NCBI GenBank assembly: GCA_963761335.1
Contig: CAVXGR010000025.1
Span: 20,366-84,365, forward strand
Direction: 5' to 3'
Length of the DNA stretch: 64,000 nt
Source of the DNA: an uncultured delta proteobacterium
GTDB lineage: Bacteria > Desulfobacterota > Binatia > HRBIN30 > BPIQ01
The position numbers and the translations under genes are program-made. Of the stretch, positions 35,084 through 43,921 are shown piece by piece; the first letter of the stretch is position 1; the number at the start of each line of letters is the position of its first letter. Below the pieces are notes generated by a model. That model was not told the origin of the DNA. It made no database searches and saw only the letters and a program-made list of their open reading frames with translations.

Positions 35084-36043
35084 ATGAACGACCGCGCTAA
35101 TGGTCAGCCGTTCGGCGGCGCATTCAACGCGAACCGTCGATCCCACACGGCATCGCCGACGGCGGGTTCGCGCTCCTCCGCCGACGGCTCGCGGCTGCAT
35201 CCGCATGCCCGTCGCTTCTTCCGGCGGATTCTTTCCACCATCAATTCCTCCGGGGTTCCGACGCTGGTCGGCGGCGATTTTGCTCTCGAGTGCTTTACCA
35301 GCATCAGCCACCGAAGCAAGAATCTGGAACTTTTCGTTCGGCCGGGCGATCGGCACCAGCTCCTGGACGTCCTCGCGGATGCCGGCTTCGAGACGCAGAT
35401 GGCGCATCCGCACTGGCTGGCGAAAGTGTTCCGCGGCGACGACGTCGTCGATCTCGTCTTCAACTCCGGAAACGGGGCGGTTCCCGTCGACGACGACTGG
35501 TTCGAGTGCGCCGTGCCAAGCGACATCGTGGGCGTGCCGGTGATGCTCTGTCCGATCGAGGAGACGATCTGGTCGAAGGCATACGTGATGGAGCGCGAGC
35601 GCTACGACGGTGCCGACGTTGCCCATCTCTTGCTCTGCCACGGGGCGAAGCTCGACTGGCGGCGGCTGCTGCGTCGCTTCGGGCCGCACTGGCAGCTGCT
35701 GCTGACGCACTTGGTGCTCTTCTCTTTCATCTACCCGGAAGAGAGCAGGCATCTGCCGGCCTGGCTCGTCGAGGAGCTGCTCTCGCGCCTGCGCACCCAG
35801 CAAGAAGAGGGCGACGCCAAGGTCTGCCGGGGCGGCCTGCTGTCGCGCGCCCAGTACATCGTCGATTTCGAGCGCTGGCGTTACCTCGATGCTCGTCTGT
35901 ATCCCCACGGCATGATGTCAGCCGCGGAGATCGCCGAATCGACGCGGACGATCGACGAGCCCCATTCGCCCACGGAGGAGCGGCACGCCTTTGCGGAGCG
36001 CATGGAGGCCGAGGCGGAGCGGCGGGGAGAGAACAAGGGATGA
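35084..36043 (+). CDS. Nucleotidyltransferase-fold-like protein, uncharacterised
   Basis: ORF 35084..36043. LVGGDFALECFTSISHRSKNLELFV occupies the position of the pol-beta-type hG[GS]x9-15DhDh motif. The rest has an uncharacterised-NTase-like layout. The N-terminal 45 aa are low complexity, so the start is uncertain. Confidence 0.4.
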   Translation: MNDRANGQPFGGAFNANRRSHTASPTAGSRSSADGSRLHPHARRFFRRILSTINSSGVPTLVGGDFALECFTSISHRSKNLELFVRPGDRHQLLDVLADAGFETQMAHPHWLAKVFRGDDVVDLVFNSGNGAVPVDDDWFECAVPSDIVGVPVMLCPIEETIWSKAYVMERERYDGADVAHLLLCHGAKLDWRRLLRRFGPHWQLLLTHLVLFSFIYPEESRHLPAWLVEELLSRLRTQQEEGDAKVCRGGLLSRAQYIVDFERWRYLDARLYPHGMMSAAEIAESTRTIDEPHSPTEERHAFAERMEAEAERRGENKG

Positions 36044-36067
36044 CGGAAGGCGGGGAGCTACCGGAGC

Positions 36068-37075
36068 TCACGCGATTTCCCAGATACCGCCGGCGAGGGC
36101 GACCGCGGCGGCGCCGACCAGGGCCAGGATATTTCGGTGCTTGCTCAGCCACAGCTGCGAAGATCGGTAAGAGGCGCGATCGTCGAATCTTCCATGGGCG
36201 CCGTGATCTCCGGGAACGGGCGTCCATAGATTGTCTGGCCGGGCCGGGTCGCGCGGCTGATCCGTCTGCTGAGACTCGAACCCGGTTCGCGCCAGGTAGT
36301 GATCGGCGACCGCGGGCGCCAGCTTGTTGCCGATCACGGTCATCACGGTAGGCCAGCCGACGAAGAACTCCCGCCGGGGATGGTGCGCGGCGTAGAAGAT
36401 GGCGTCGGCAGGAACCTCGGGCTGGTAGATCGGCGGTACTGGTTGTCCTTCCTTCGGCAGCCGGCTCTTCACCCAGCCGAACTGCGGCGTGTTCACCGCC
36501 GGCAGGTTGACGACGGTGACTCGTACGTGAGAGCGGTCGTGCATCAGCTCGGCGCGCAGCGATTCGGTGAATCCGATGATCGCGTGCTTGGCCGCGCAGT
36601 AGGACGATTGCAGCGGTATGCCGCGATAGGCCAGGGCCGAGCCCACCTGGACGATCACGCCGCGATCGCGAGGAAGCATGCGCTTGAGCGCTGCCAGGGT
36701 TCCGTGAACCACGCCGAGATAGGTCACCTCGGTGACTCGCCGATACTCGTCCGGCTGCATCTCCTTGACCTCGGAGAACACCGAGGTCATGGCGTTGTTC
36801 ACCCAGATGTCGATGGGTCCGAAGCGCTCCTCGACGGCGCCGGCGGCGCGCTCTACGGCCTCGGCGTCGGCGACGTCGGCGGGAAGGACGATGGCCTCGC
36901 CGCCCAGCTCCTCTACCTCTCGCTGCGCCGCCCGCAGGCCCTCTTCGCCGCGCGCCATCAGCCCGATGCGCGCCCCCCGGCGCGCAAACCGGCGGGCCGT
37001 AGCGCGCCCGACACCGGCGGAAGCGCCGGTGATCACTACGATCTCTCTGCAGTTCTGCACGGGGGTGGTCAGCAT
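36068..37075 (-). CDS. SDR-family oxidoreductase with C-terminal membrane anchor
   Basis: ATG at 37075 (MLTTPVQNCREIVVITGASAGVGRATARRFA). NNAM and the catalytic YCAAK. The C-terminal hydrophobic segment is ILALVGAAAVALAGGIW. Confidence 0.85.
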   Translation of the reverse strand: MLTTPVQNCREIVVITGASAGVGRATARRFARRGARIGLMARGEEGLRAAQREVEELGGEAIVLPADVADAEAVERAAGAVEERFGPIDIWVNNAMTSVFSEVKEMQPDEYRRVTEVTYLGVVHGTLAALKRMLPRDRGVIVQVGSALAYRGIPLQSSYCAAKHAIIGFTESLRAELMHDRSHVRVTVVNLPAVNTPQFGWVKSRLPKEGQPVPPIYQPEVPADAIFYAAHHPRREFFVGWPTVMTVIGNKLAPAVADHYLARTGFESQQTDQPRDPARPDNLWTPVPGDHGAHGRFDDRASYRSSQLWLSKHRNILALVGAAAVALAGGIWEIA

Positions 37076-37390
37076 CAATACTCGTGCCGGGTGGACCCTT
37101 CGATGCGGAGCATTGCTGACTCGGGCTCGCCGTGGCGGCGCGGCGCAGGAGTTCGACAAACGAACGGAAGGAATTACATTCGCGGATTCTCGATACGTGC
37201 CCCCGCACACGCCTGTGGCGCGCCAGCCTCCGCCCCCGCCGCCACGCCACCGCGGGCCCGGCGAAATTTCCTGTTAACGAAGGCGCTTCTGCTTGCTACT
37301 CTCCGGCGCCGCCAAAACGTTCCGCGGGTGGAGGTTGGGGATGGTTGCAGAAGAGAATGGGGGGCGAAACGTGCCCTTTGCGAAGGGAAC

Positions 37391-39118
37391 ATGAAGGTCT
37401 GGCTGCTGCTGCTGGCACTTCTGTGCGGGGCGTTCGCCCTGAGCGCGCCGGTGCGCGCCGAGGTCGTCGTCACGGTCAACGGGGGCAGCGGCGCACCCGG
37501 CGATTCCGTGAAGGTCGATCTCTTGCTTCGCGCCGACGGAGGCGAAACGATCTCCGCGATCGACACGACTCTCCACTTCGACCCCAAGGCCATCCCAGCC
37601 GGCGTGAAGGGCACAGGGCGGCCCGCATGCCAAGGGGGGATGGTGGGGACATTCGCCGCCAGCGCCTTCGGACCCCTCGGCTGCGACCCCTCCCGCCACC
37701 AGTGTACCTCAGTGCGCATCGTCATCCTCGGGATCGAGGCGCCGCAGGCCATCGCCGAGGGCGTCCTCGCCTACTCGTGCACGATGCAAATTCTGCGCAG
37801 TACCGGGCCGGGCCGCTACGCGCTCACACTGAGCGGCGCCGAGTACGCCACGCCCGCTGGGGAAGCTTACCCGGCGACCGTCGTCGATGGCAGCATCGAG
37901 GTGCTGCCCCCCGGCGGCGACCCGACCCCGACCCCACAGGGGGCGCGCACTCCAGCATGCACCGGTGACTGCGACGGCAGCGGCTCCGTCTCCGCCGACG
38001 ATCTCACCGCTTTCAGCCGCGCCCTCTTCGATGCCGATGCGGTGAGCGGCTGCACGGTCGACGATCCGCCGCAGCCGCTTTCGGTGGCCCGTCTGGTGGC
38101 GGCGGTGAAGAACGCCGCCGGCACCTGCCACAGGCTGCCGACGCCGTCGTCGACCGCAACGCTCGAGCCCACGGCGCCGCCGCCGACGGCATCGCCGAGC
38201 CCACGTCCGACGAACAGCCCGACGCCCACCATGACGCCGCGGCGCGCTTCGACCCGCACCCCGACGGCGCCGAAGCCGGCGACCTCGAGCCCAACCGGCA
38301 CGCGCACGGCGACTCCGAGCCGCACCCGGTCGGAAACGCGTACGCCGACGCGGACGCGCTCGGCGACCCGCACCCGCACGCCGACGCGGACGCGCACGTC
38401 AACCAAGTCGTCGACGCCGACGCCGTCGCTGACACCGAGGCGCACTCCCACGGCCTCGGCCTCCCCGAGCGCAACGCCGATGGTGACGCCGACAGCGACT
38501 GGTGCCGGCGAGCTGGCTGCCAGCCCGACGCCGACACCCAGCCCGGATGGCTTCATTGGCCCGGAGATCACCTTCATGGGCCTGGCCCAGGCAGACAACG
38601 CCCTGCTGCAGCCGCTCGGCGCAGACGGCTCGGGAGTGCCGGTCTACGGCGGCCTCTTCGGCTTCGGGTTCCGACTGCTTGTCGAGGGTCGCCCGGGCCC
38701 CTCGCTGCAGGCCGTCGGCACTCGCAGTCGCGCCGCGAGCGACGACGAGCTCCCCGATCTGCTGATCGAGGTCGATCGCCCGCTCGGGGACGGCGATCCG
38801 CGGCCATGTCGCAACGGTGTGCCGGCCATCGATCCGCCGGGCTTTTCTCCGGCAGACGCCAACGCCTTCAACGATCTCGGCTGCCGTTTCATCGACGGCA
38901 GCGGTCTGCCGCGCGGCCGGGCTCTGTCGAGTGGCTGCGTCTTGCTGGCCCAGGGCGGCTATGGCTTCGCCTCGAGTGCCTCCGCGATTCAGTTCTGTGC
39001 GCAGATTCCGTCCTCGCTCTCCTTCCCGCGGGGAGACACGCTGGTCACCGCCCGCCTTCGCGACCGCGACGGCAACCTCGGAAGCGCGGCGCAGATCATC
39101 GTCCGTGTTCCCCTGTGA
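37391..39118 (+). CDS. Secreted multidomain protein: cohesin-like domain, dockerin/EF-hand-like loop, Thr/Pro/Arg-rich linker, unknown C-terminal domain
   Basis: ATG 37391 in the frame of ORF 36299..39118. Signal peptide MKVWLLLLALLCGAFALSAPVRA. VTVNGGSGAPGDSVKVDLLLRADGGETISAIDTTLHFDP is cohesin-like. CTGDCDGSGSVSADDL is a dockerin-like calcium loop. A linker of about 150 aa (TRTPTRTRSATRTRTPTRTRTS...) lies roughly at nt 38140-38560. Confidence 0.6.
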   Translation: MKVWLLLLALLCGAFALSAPVRAEVVVTVNGGSGAPGDSVKVDLLLRADGGETISAIDTTLHFDPKAIPAGVKGTGRPACQGGMVGTFAASAFGPLGCDPSRHQCTSVRIVILGIEAPQAIAEGVLAYSCTMQILRSTGPGRYALTLSGAEYATPAGEAYPATVVDGSIEVLPPGGDPTPTPQGARTPACTGDCDGSGSVSADDLTAFSRALFDADAVSGCTVDDPPQPLSVARLVAAVKNAAGTCHRLPTPSSTATLEPTAPPPTASPSPRPTNSPTPTMTPRRASTRTPTAPKPATSSPTGTRTATPSRTRSETRTPTRTRSATRTRTPTRTRTSTKSSTPTPSLTPRRTPTASASPSATPMVTPTATGAGELAASPTPTPSPDGFIGPEITFMGLAQADNALLQPLGADGSGVPVYGGLFGFGFRLLVEGRPGPSLQAVGTRSRAASDDELPDLLIEVDRPLGDGDPRPCRNGVPAIDPPGFSPADANAFNDLGCRFIDGSGLPRGRALSSGCVLLAQGGYGFASSASAIQFCAQIPSSLSFPRGDTLVTARLRDRDGNLGSAAQIIVRVPL

Positions 39119-39177
39119 GGCGACGCTGGCGGCACACTGTCGCCAGTGACATAAGGAGGGGGGCGAGGGGACGCAGG

Positions 39178-39504
39178 GTGGGCGATTGGAGCGAGCTACT
39201 CAATGGACCGCTGGCGGGCCTCGGCTTCGGGGGTGCGGCGGGTGCGGTGGTCGGCTATGCCGCCAAGAAGATGACCAAGCTGGTGGCGATTCTGCTCGGC
39301 GTTCTCTTCATCCTCATCCAGGCGCTCGTCTATCTCGGCTGGATCACCGTCCACTGGGAGGCCGTGCAGACGGCGGCGGAGGGCGTCTGGAGGGGCCCCC
39401 AGGGGGTCACCCTGGCGCAGCGCGCCATCGACGTGATCACCTTCAACCTGCCCTTTGGCGGCGGTTTTCTCGTCGGCTTTGCAATCGGCTTCAAGCTCGG
39501 CTGA
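39178..39504 (+). CDS. FUN14-family membrane protein
   Basis: GTG 39178 in the frame of ORF 38806..39504. GAAGAVVGYAAKKMTKLVAILLGVLFILIQALVYLGWITVHWEAV matches the FUN14 pattern as I recall it. Confidence 0.6.
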   Translation: MGDWSELLNGPLAGLGFGGAAGAVVGYAAKKMTKLVAILLGVLFILIQALVYLGWITVHWEAVQTAAEGVWRGPQGVTLAQRAIDVITFNLPFGGGFLVGFAIGFKLG

Positions 39505-39532
39505 ACTGCCGCTGCGGGCTAGCCGCTGCGGG

Positions 39533-42208
39533 CTAGCGACCGCCGCCGGGGCGGCCCCAGCGGGCCGCGAGCTGGCGATCGGGAAGTCGCCAGAGGCTGG
39601 CGTGCAGGCGCTGTACGAGCTCGGCGTCGGAAAGGACGATCTGGCGCTCCCGCAAGCCGAGACTTGCCGGACCTTCGGCGATCGCCCGCCGCAGCAGAGC
39701 CTGGCGCTGTTCGCGGATGCGTGGCCGCAGCCGGCGAGGGGGGCCCAGGAGCGCCTGATGCAGGGCGTTGACGTAGGGATCGACCGCGGCGCGCACGAAG
39801 CCGTCGAGCTCGGCATGCGGCAGCGCCTCGGAGTGCTGCTGCGCCCGCTGCAGATTCACTTCCAGGTCGCGCAGCTCCAGGGGCGGCTCGGTCTCCTCCG
39901 GAATGAGAAACAGGCCCCAAGCGCGGGCGCGCTCGCCGAGGCTCACGCGACTGGCGAGGACGGAGAGCGGGATCGACAGGATCAGCGCCCCGATGATCGG
40001 CGTCACCCACCAGAAGTAGTCCGGGTTGAGAAGGTAGAGCGTGGTTCCCCAGGCGGTCGCGAAGACGGTGTCGAGGCCGTGGTGGCGAATGGCCTCGAGC
40101 CATCCGGTCTCGGCGTCCCCCCGCCCCTGTGAACGCCAGCTGACGGTGCGCCCGAGGAGATTCTGGATGACGAACTTGCTGTGGAACAGCATGCGGATCG
40201 GGGCGAACAGGCTGGAGAGCAGCACCTCCAGGAAGGCGCTCAGCGACAGGCGGATCGCGCCTCCGTAAGCGCGCGCGTTGCGGCCTTTGAAGACGATCAG
40301 CAGCACGCTCAAGATCTTCGGCACGAAGAGAATCATGCCGGTGACGGCGAGCAGTGCCAGAGCCCAGTCGGGGCGCCACACCGGCCACAGCGGGAAGAGG
40401 CGGTGGGCCGTCGGAAAGTACTCCGGGGGTCGGAGGGCGTTGATGATGGCCTCGGCGGTGCTGAGAATCAGAAAGCAGAGCCAGAGGAGAGCGGAGACGT
40501 AGGACATAATCCCGTTGAGGAAAAGGGCGCGGTGCGCCCCAAAGAAGCCTTCGGTCGGCACCAGCCGCAGGTGCTGCAGGTTCCCCTGGCACCAGCGCCG
40601 ATCGCGCTTCATCTCCTCCAGCAACGTCGAGGGAGTCTCCTCGTAGCTGCCCGGCAGATGGTAGGCGAGCCAGAGAGTCCAGCCGGCGCGGCCGAGCAGG
40701 GCGGCCTCGACGAAGTCGTGGCTGAGGATCTCGCCGCCCAGCGGGGGCTTGCCCGGCAGCGGCGCCAGACCGCAGTGGTCGGCAAACGGCTTGATGCGAA
40801 TGATGGCGTTGTGGCCCCAGTACTGCCCCTCGCCGAGCTGCCAGAAGTGCAGGCCGGCGGCGAACATCGGGCTGTAGATCCGGCCGGCAAACTGCTGCAC
40901 GCGGGCGAACAGGGAGCGGCGGTTGACGGAGATCGGCGCCGTCTGGATCATGCCGACGCCGGCGTGCTTCTCCATCAGCTGCGCCAGCCGCACGATGCAG
41001 TCGCCGCTCATCACGCTGTCGGCGTCGAGCATGACCATGTAGCGATACCGTGGGCCCCAGCGCCGGCAGAAGTCCGCGACGTTGCCGCTCTTGCGCTTCA
41101 GGCGGACCTTGCGGCGGCGGTAGAAGATCCGCTCGAAGCCGCCGACGTCCCGGCACCAGTCGGCCCACGCTTCCTCCTCCCGGATCCATACGGCCGGATC
41201 GCCGGTGTCGCTGAGGACGAAGAAGTCGAAATGCTCGAGCTGGCCGGTGCGCCGCAGCGATTCGTATATGGCTCGCAGGCCGGCGAAGACGCGGTCCACC
41301 GGCTCCTGCGCGATCGGCATGACGATCGCCGTGCGCGCCTCCGGCCCCAGCTCACCGACCTCCTCGCCGTCGAGATGGGTGATGGCGAAGCGATCGGGCC
41401 TGCCGATCAGCAGGAAGAAGCCCATCAGCGCCGTCCAAAAGCCGATCGATATCCAGCCGAAGAGCGCCGCAAAAAAGAGGGCGATGACGATCTCCAGGGC
41501 ACTGTTCCCCTTCTGCGGCAATACCTCGATCATGAACTGGCTGGCGATGATGCTGGGGATGAGCACCAGAAAGCCGAGAAGCAGCCGACGGCGCCGCGCC
41601 ACCCGCGCCCATGGCTGCCCACTCCGCCCGCGCCGCAGCGGCAGCTCGTCCGCGACCGAGGCGGCGACGCGGCTGCCGAGCAGGCGGCGTAGAAGGCGGC
41701 GAAAAACGCGGCGTTCGACGCGTGCCGGAACCATGGAGCGGCGATTCAGTGGCGGCACCGCGCAGAGCTGCGCCCCGTCGCGTACCGGCAGGGGCGCCGC
41801 CGCACCGCGTGAAGTGCCGCCGTTGGCGAATTGGCCGCTGAGCTTGCCCCAGAGCCGCCACCCGAGAAACTCGTCCTCGGTGGCGGGCGCCGCCTCAGGA
41901 GGGGGCGGATACTGGCGCGGCAGCAGGCGACGCAGTGCCGCGAAGGTCTCGGCAACCGCATCGCTGTCGCCGCTCCAGGAGTCGCTCGCGAGCGCCGATT
42001 CGACCGCCTGCGCGGCAAGCTCCTCCTGCTTTTCGGGCGGTACCCGCAGGGCGTCCAGGTAGGCGACGGCGCGCGCCTGCGCCTCCTTCCAGTTCTGCAG
42101 AAGACGCGCCGACGGCACCGCCAGGGACGGAGCCGCGGACGTCTGCGACTTGCCGCTGGTGTCGGCAGACTCGGCCGGTTCCCCGGCCACGACTGGTTTC
42201 TCGCTCAC
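39533..42208 (-). CDS. opgH: Glucans biosynthesis glucosyltransferase H (OpgH/MdoH, GT2)
   Basis: ORF 39533..42322. Motifs: YRRRKVRLKRKSGNVADFCRRWG..YRYMVMLDADSVM, IQTAP, YWGHNAIIR, ILSHDFVEAAL, RDRRWCQGNLQH. I chose GTG 42208 because it overlaps the opgG stop as GTGA. The longer N-terminus would overlap opgG by 118 nt. Confidence 0.9.
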   Translation of the reverse strand: MSEKPVVAGEPAESADTSGKSQTSAAPSLAVPSARLLQNWKEAQARAVAYLDALRVPPEKQEELAAQAVESALASDSWSGDSDAVAETFAALRRLLPRQYPPPPEAAPATEDEFLGWRLWGKLSGQFANGGTSRGAAAPLPVRDGAQLCAVPPLNRRSMVPARVERRVFRRLLRRLLGSRVAASVADELPLRRGRSGQPWARVARRRRLLLGFLVLIPSIIASQFMIEVLPQKGNSALEIVIALFFAALFGWISIGFWTALMGFFLLIGRPDRFAITHLDGEEVGELGPEARTAIVMPIAQEPVDRVFAGLRAIYESLRRTGQLEHFDFFVLSDTGDPAVWIREEEAWADWCRDVGGFERIFYRRRKVRLKRKSGNVADFCRRWGPRYRYMVMLDADSVMSGDCIVRLAQLMEKHAGVGMIQTAPISVNRRSLFARVQQFAGRIYSPMFAAGLHFWQLGEGQYWGHNAIIRIKPFADHCGLAPLPGKPPLGGEILSHDFVEAALLGRAGWTLWLAYHLPGSYEETPSTLLEEMKRDRRWCQGNLQHLRLVPTEGFFGAHRALFLNGIMSYVSALLWLCFLILSTAEAIINALRPPEYFPTAHRLFPLWPVWRPDWALALLAVTGMILFVPKILSVLLIVFKGRNARAYGGAIRLSLSAFLEVLLSSLFAPIRMLFHSKFVIQNLLGRTVSWRSQGRGDAETGWLEAIRHHGLDTVFATAWGTTLYLLNPDYFWWVTPIIGALILSIPLSVLASRVSLGERARAWGLFLIPEETEPPLELRDLEVNLQRAQQHSEALPHAELDGFVRAAVDPYVNALHQALLGPPRRLRPRIREQRQALLRRAIAEGPASLGLRERQIVLSDAELVQRLHASLWRLPDRQLAARWGRPGGGR

Positions 42209-43773
42209 GGCAGAAGCAGATACGACCACGTCTCGGTCAAGGCGTTGCCTCCCTGCTCGAGAAAGGCCCGCAGCTCGACGGGGTTGTCGGTCTTCGGTCG
42301 GACCTGAAAGACCAGTCGCCAACCGCCGGTCTCGGTGTTCTTCACCACGTGCTGCTCCAACAGCTCGGCGGCGCTGTCGCTGCCGATCACCGTGACCACG
42401 GCTCGCAGCACCGTGTCCTCGGGTATTCGCGTCAGCTTTTGGCCGCTGAAGTCGATGACGAAGCGGTCGACCCCCTTGGCCGGAGAGTCGCGGCGGGTCG
42501 CCACCGCCACCCCGGCGGCCGGCTCCATGACGTCGGCATCGCCGTCGTCCCAGTAGGTCTTGTAGGCGAAGGAGAGCGGCTCCCCGAGTGCCGGCAGCGA
42601 CGCCGGCACCCAGTAGGCGACGACGTTGTCGTTGGTCTCGTCTTTGGTCGGGATCTCCACCAGCTCGACGCGCCCGTCGCCCCAGTCGCCTTCGGGGACG
42701 ACCCAGGCGCTGGGGCGTCGCTCATAGTGGCTCTCCAGATCCTGATAGTCCTCGAAGTTTCGGTCGCGCTGCAGCAGGCCAAAGCCCCGCGGGTTCGATG
42801 TCTGGAAGCTGCTCACCTGGAGGCTGCTCGGGTTCTCCAGCGGCCGCCACAACCACTCGCCGCTGGCCAGATCCAGCTGTAGGCCGTCGGAGTCGTGAAC
42901 CTCGGGGCGAAAGTTGTCGAAGTAGCGCACGCCGTTCTCGCCGAAGAAGAACATGCTCGTCAGTGGCGCGATCCCCAGCTTCTCGACATCCTTGCGGCGG
43001 AAGAGACGCTCGTCGACCTCGACCCGCGTCGGCGCGCCGGGACGCACCACGAATTGATAGGCGCCGCTCAGGCTGGGGCTGTCGAGAAGCGCATAGATGG
43101 CCATCTCCTTGGCGCCGGGCGCCGGACGCACCAGCCAGAACTCCTTGAAGAAGGGGAACTCCTCTCCAGAGCTCAGCGCCGTGTCGATCGCCACCCCGCG
43201 CGCCGAGAGCCCGAAGCCGTTGTTCCGGCCGACGGCGCGGAAATAGCTCGCGCCGAGGAAGACGATCACCTCGTCGTAGTACTTCGGCGTCTTCAGCGGA
43301 TAGTGGAGCCGGAGGCCGGCATAGCCGAGGTTCTGCGGCACCTTGCTGGCGAAGTTGTTCTTCCCGTAGTCGAACTGGCTGGGCGAGAACGGCACCGGAT
43401 GGACGCCGCTGGAGTTCACCACGTTGATGGCGACGACCCGGTCGTAGTAGAGCCCCGGGTGGAAGAACTGCACCTGAAACGGTGAGCGGCTGTCGCGCCA
43501 GAGGGCGTCTTCCGGACGGAAACGGATGTCCCGCCACTGGTCGTAGGTGATGTCGAGGAGCCAGCGGGGGACAGCGGGCGGGGGCGCCTGGAAGGGCTCC
43601 TGTGCCAGCTTGCGGGCGCGGGCGATGACGTCGTCGAATCCGAAGGCAGCATGGGCGCGCCCGGGGGCGAGGACGGGGAGCAGAGCCCCAATTGCGCCCA
43701 CCAGCACCAGTCGCTGCCAGAAGGCGATACCCCGCGTCGCCGGCGTCTGCCTGGTCCCCTTTGCCCCCAACAT
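42205..43773 (-). CDS. opgG: Periplasmic glucans biosynthesis protein OpgG/OpgD family
   Basis: ATG 43773 with AGGAGG 5 nt upstream. The signal region contains RQTPATRGIAFWQRLVLVGAIGALL. Motifs: FQVQFFHPGLYYDRVVAINVV, FDYGKN, YDEVIVFLGASYFRAVG, FFGENG. Confidence 0.88.
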   Translation of the reverse strand: MLGAKGTRQTPATRGIAFWQRLVLVGAIGALLPVLAPGRAHAAFGFDDVIARARKLAQEPFQAPPPAVPRWLLDITYDQWRDIRFRPEDALWRDSRSPFQVQFFHPGLYYDRVVAINVVNSSGVHPVPFSPSQFDYGKNNFASKVPQNLGYAGLRLHYPLKTPKYYDEVIVFLGASYFRAVGRNNGFGLSARGVAIDTALSSGEEFPFFKEFWLVRPAPGAKEMAIYALLDSPSLSGAYQFVVRPGAPTRVEVDERLFRRKDVEKLGIAPLTSMFFFGENGVRYFDNFRPEVHDSDGLQLDLASGEWLWRPLENPSSLQVSSFQTSNPRGFGLLQRDRNFEDYQDLESHYERRPSAWVVPEGDWGDGRVELVEIPTKDETNDNVVAYWVPASLPALGEPLSFAYKTYWDDGDADVMEPAAGVAVATRRDSPAKGVDRFVIDFSGQKLTRIPEDTVLRAVVTVIGSDSAAELLEQHVVKNTETGGWRLVFQVRPKTDNPVELRAFLEQGGNALTETWSYLLLP

Positions 43774-43921
43774 CTGTTCCTCCTGGTCACGGTAGCACGA
43801 TCCAATCCGATCACCACATCATGCAGCCAGCCGTCAACTCCTAGCAGCCCGCCAGCACCGCTGCACATTTCCCCTTTTCCCATCGCTTCGCTAGAGTTCG
43901 CCGGCTGGAAGTCTTCGCATT

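Noticed and set aside
36299-37390. N-terminal 364-aa extension of the ORF 36299..39118
   Set aside because: The extension runs antisense through the well-supported SDR gene (36068..37075) and has no features. A canonical signal peptide begins at ATG 37391.
39508-39535. 14-bp tandem duplication GCCGCTGCGGGCTA x2 at the convergent FUN14/opgH gene ends
   Set aside because: The duplication is real but small. It includes the opgH stop codon and probably reflects a simple slippage event. I see no evidence of function.
42209-42322. Longer OpgH N-terminus starting at 42322
   Set aside because: It would overlap the 3' end of opgG by 118 nt. An in-frame GTG at 42208 forms a GTGA start/stop overlap typical of translational coupling. 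The upstream start cannot be fully excluded.
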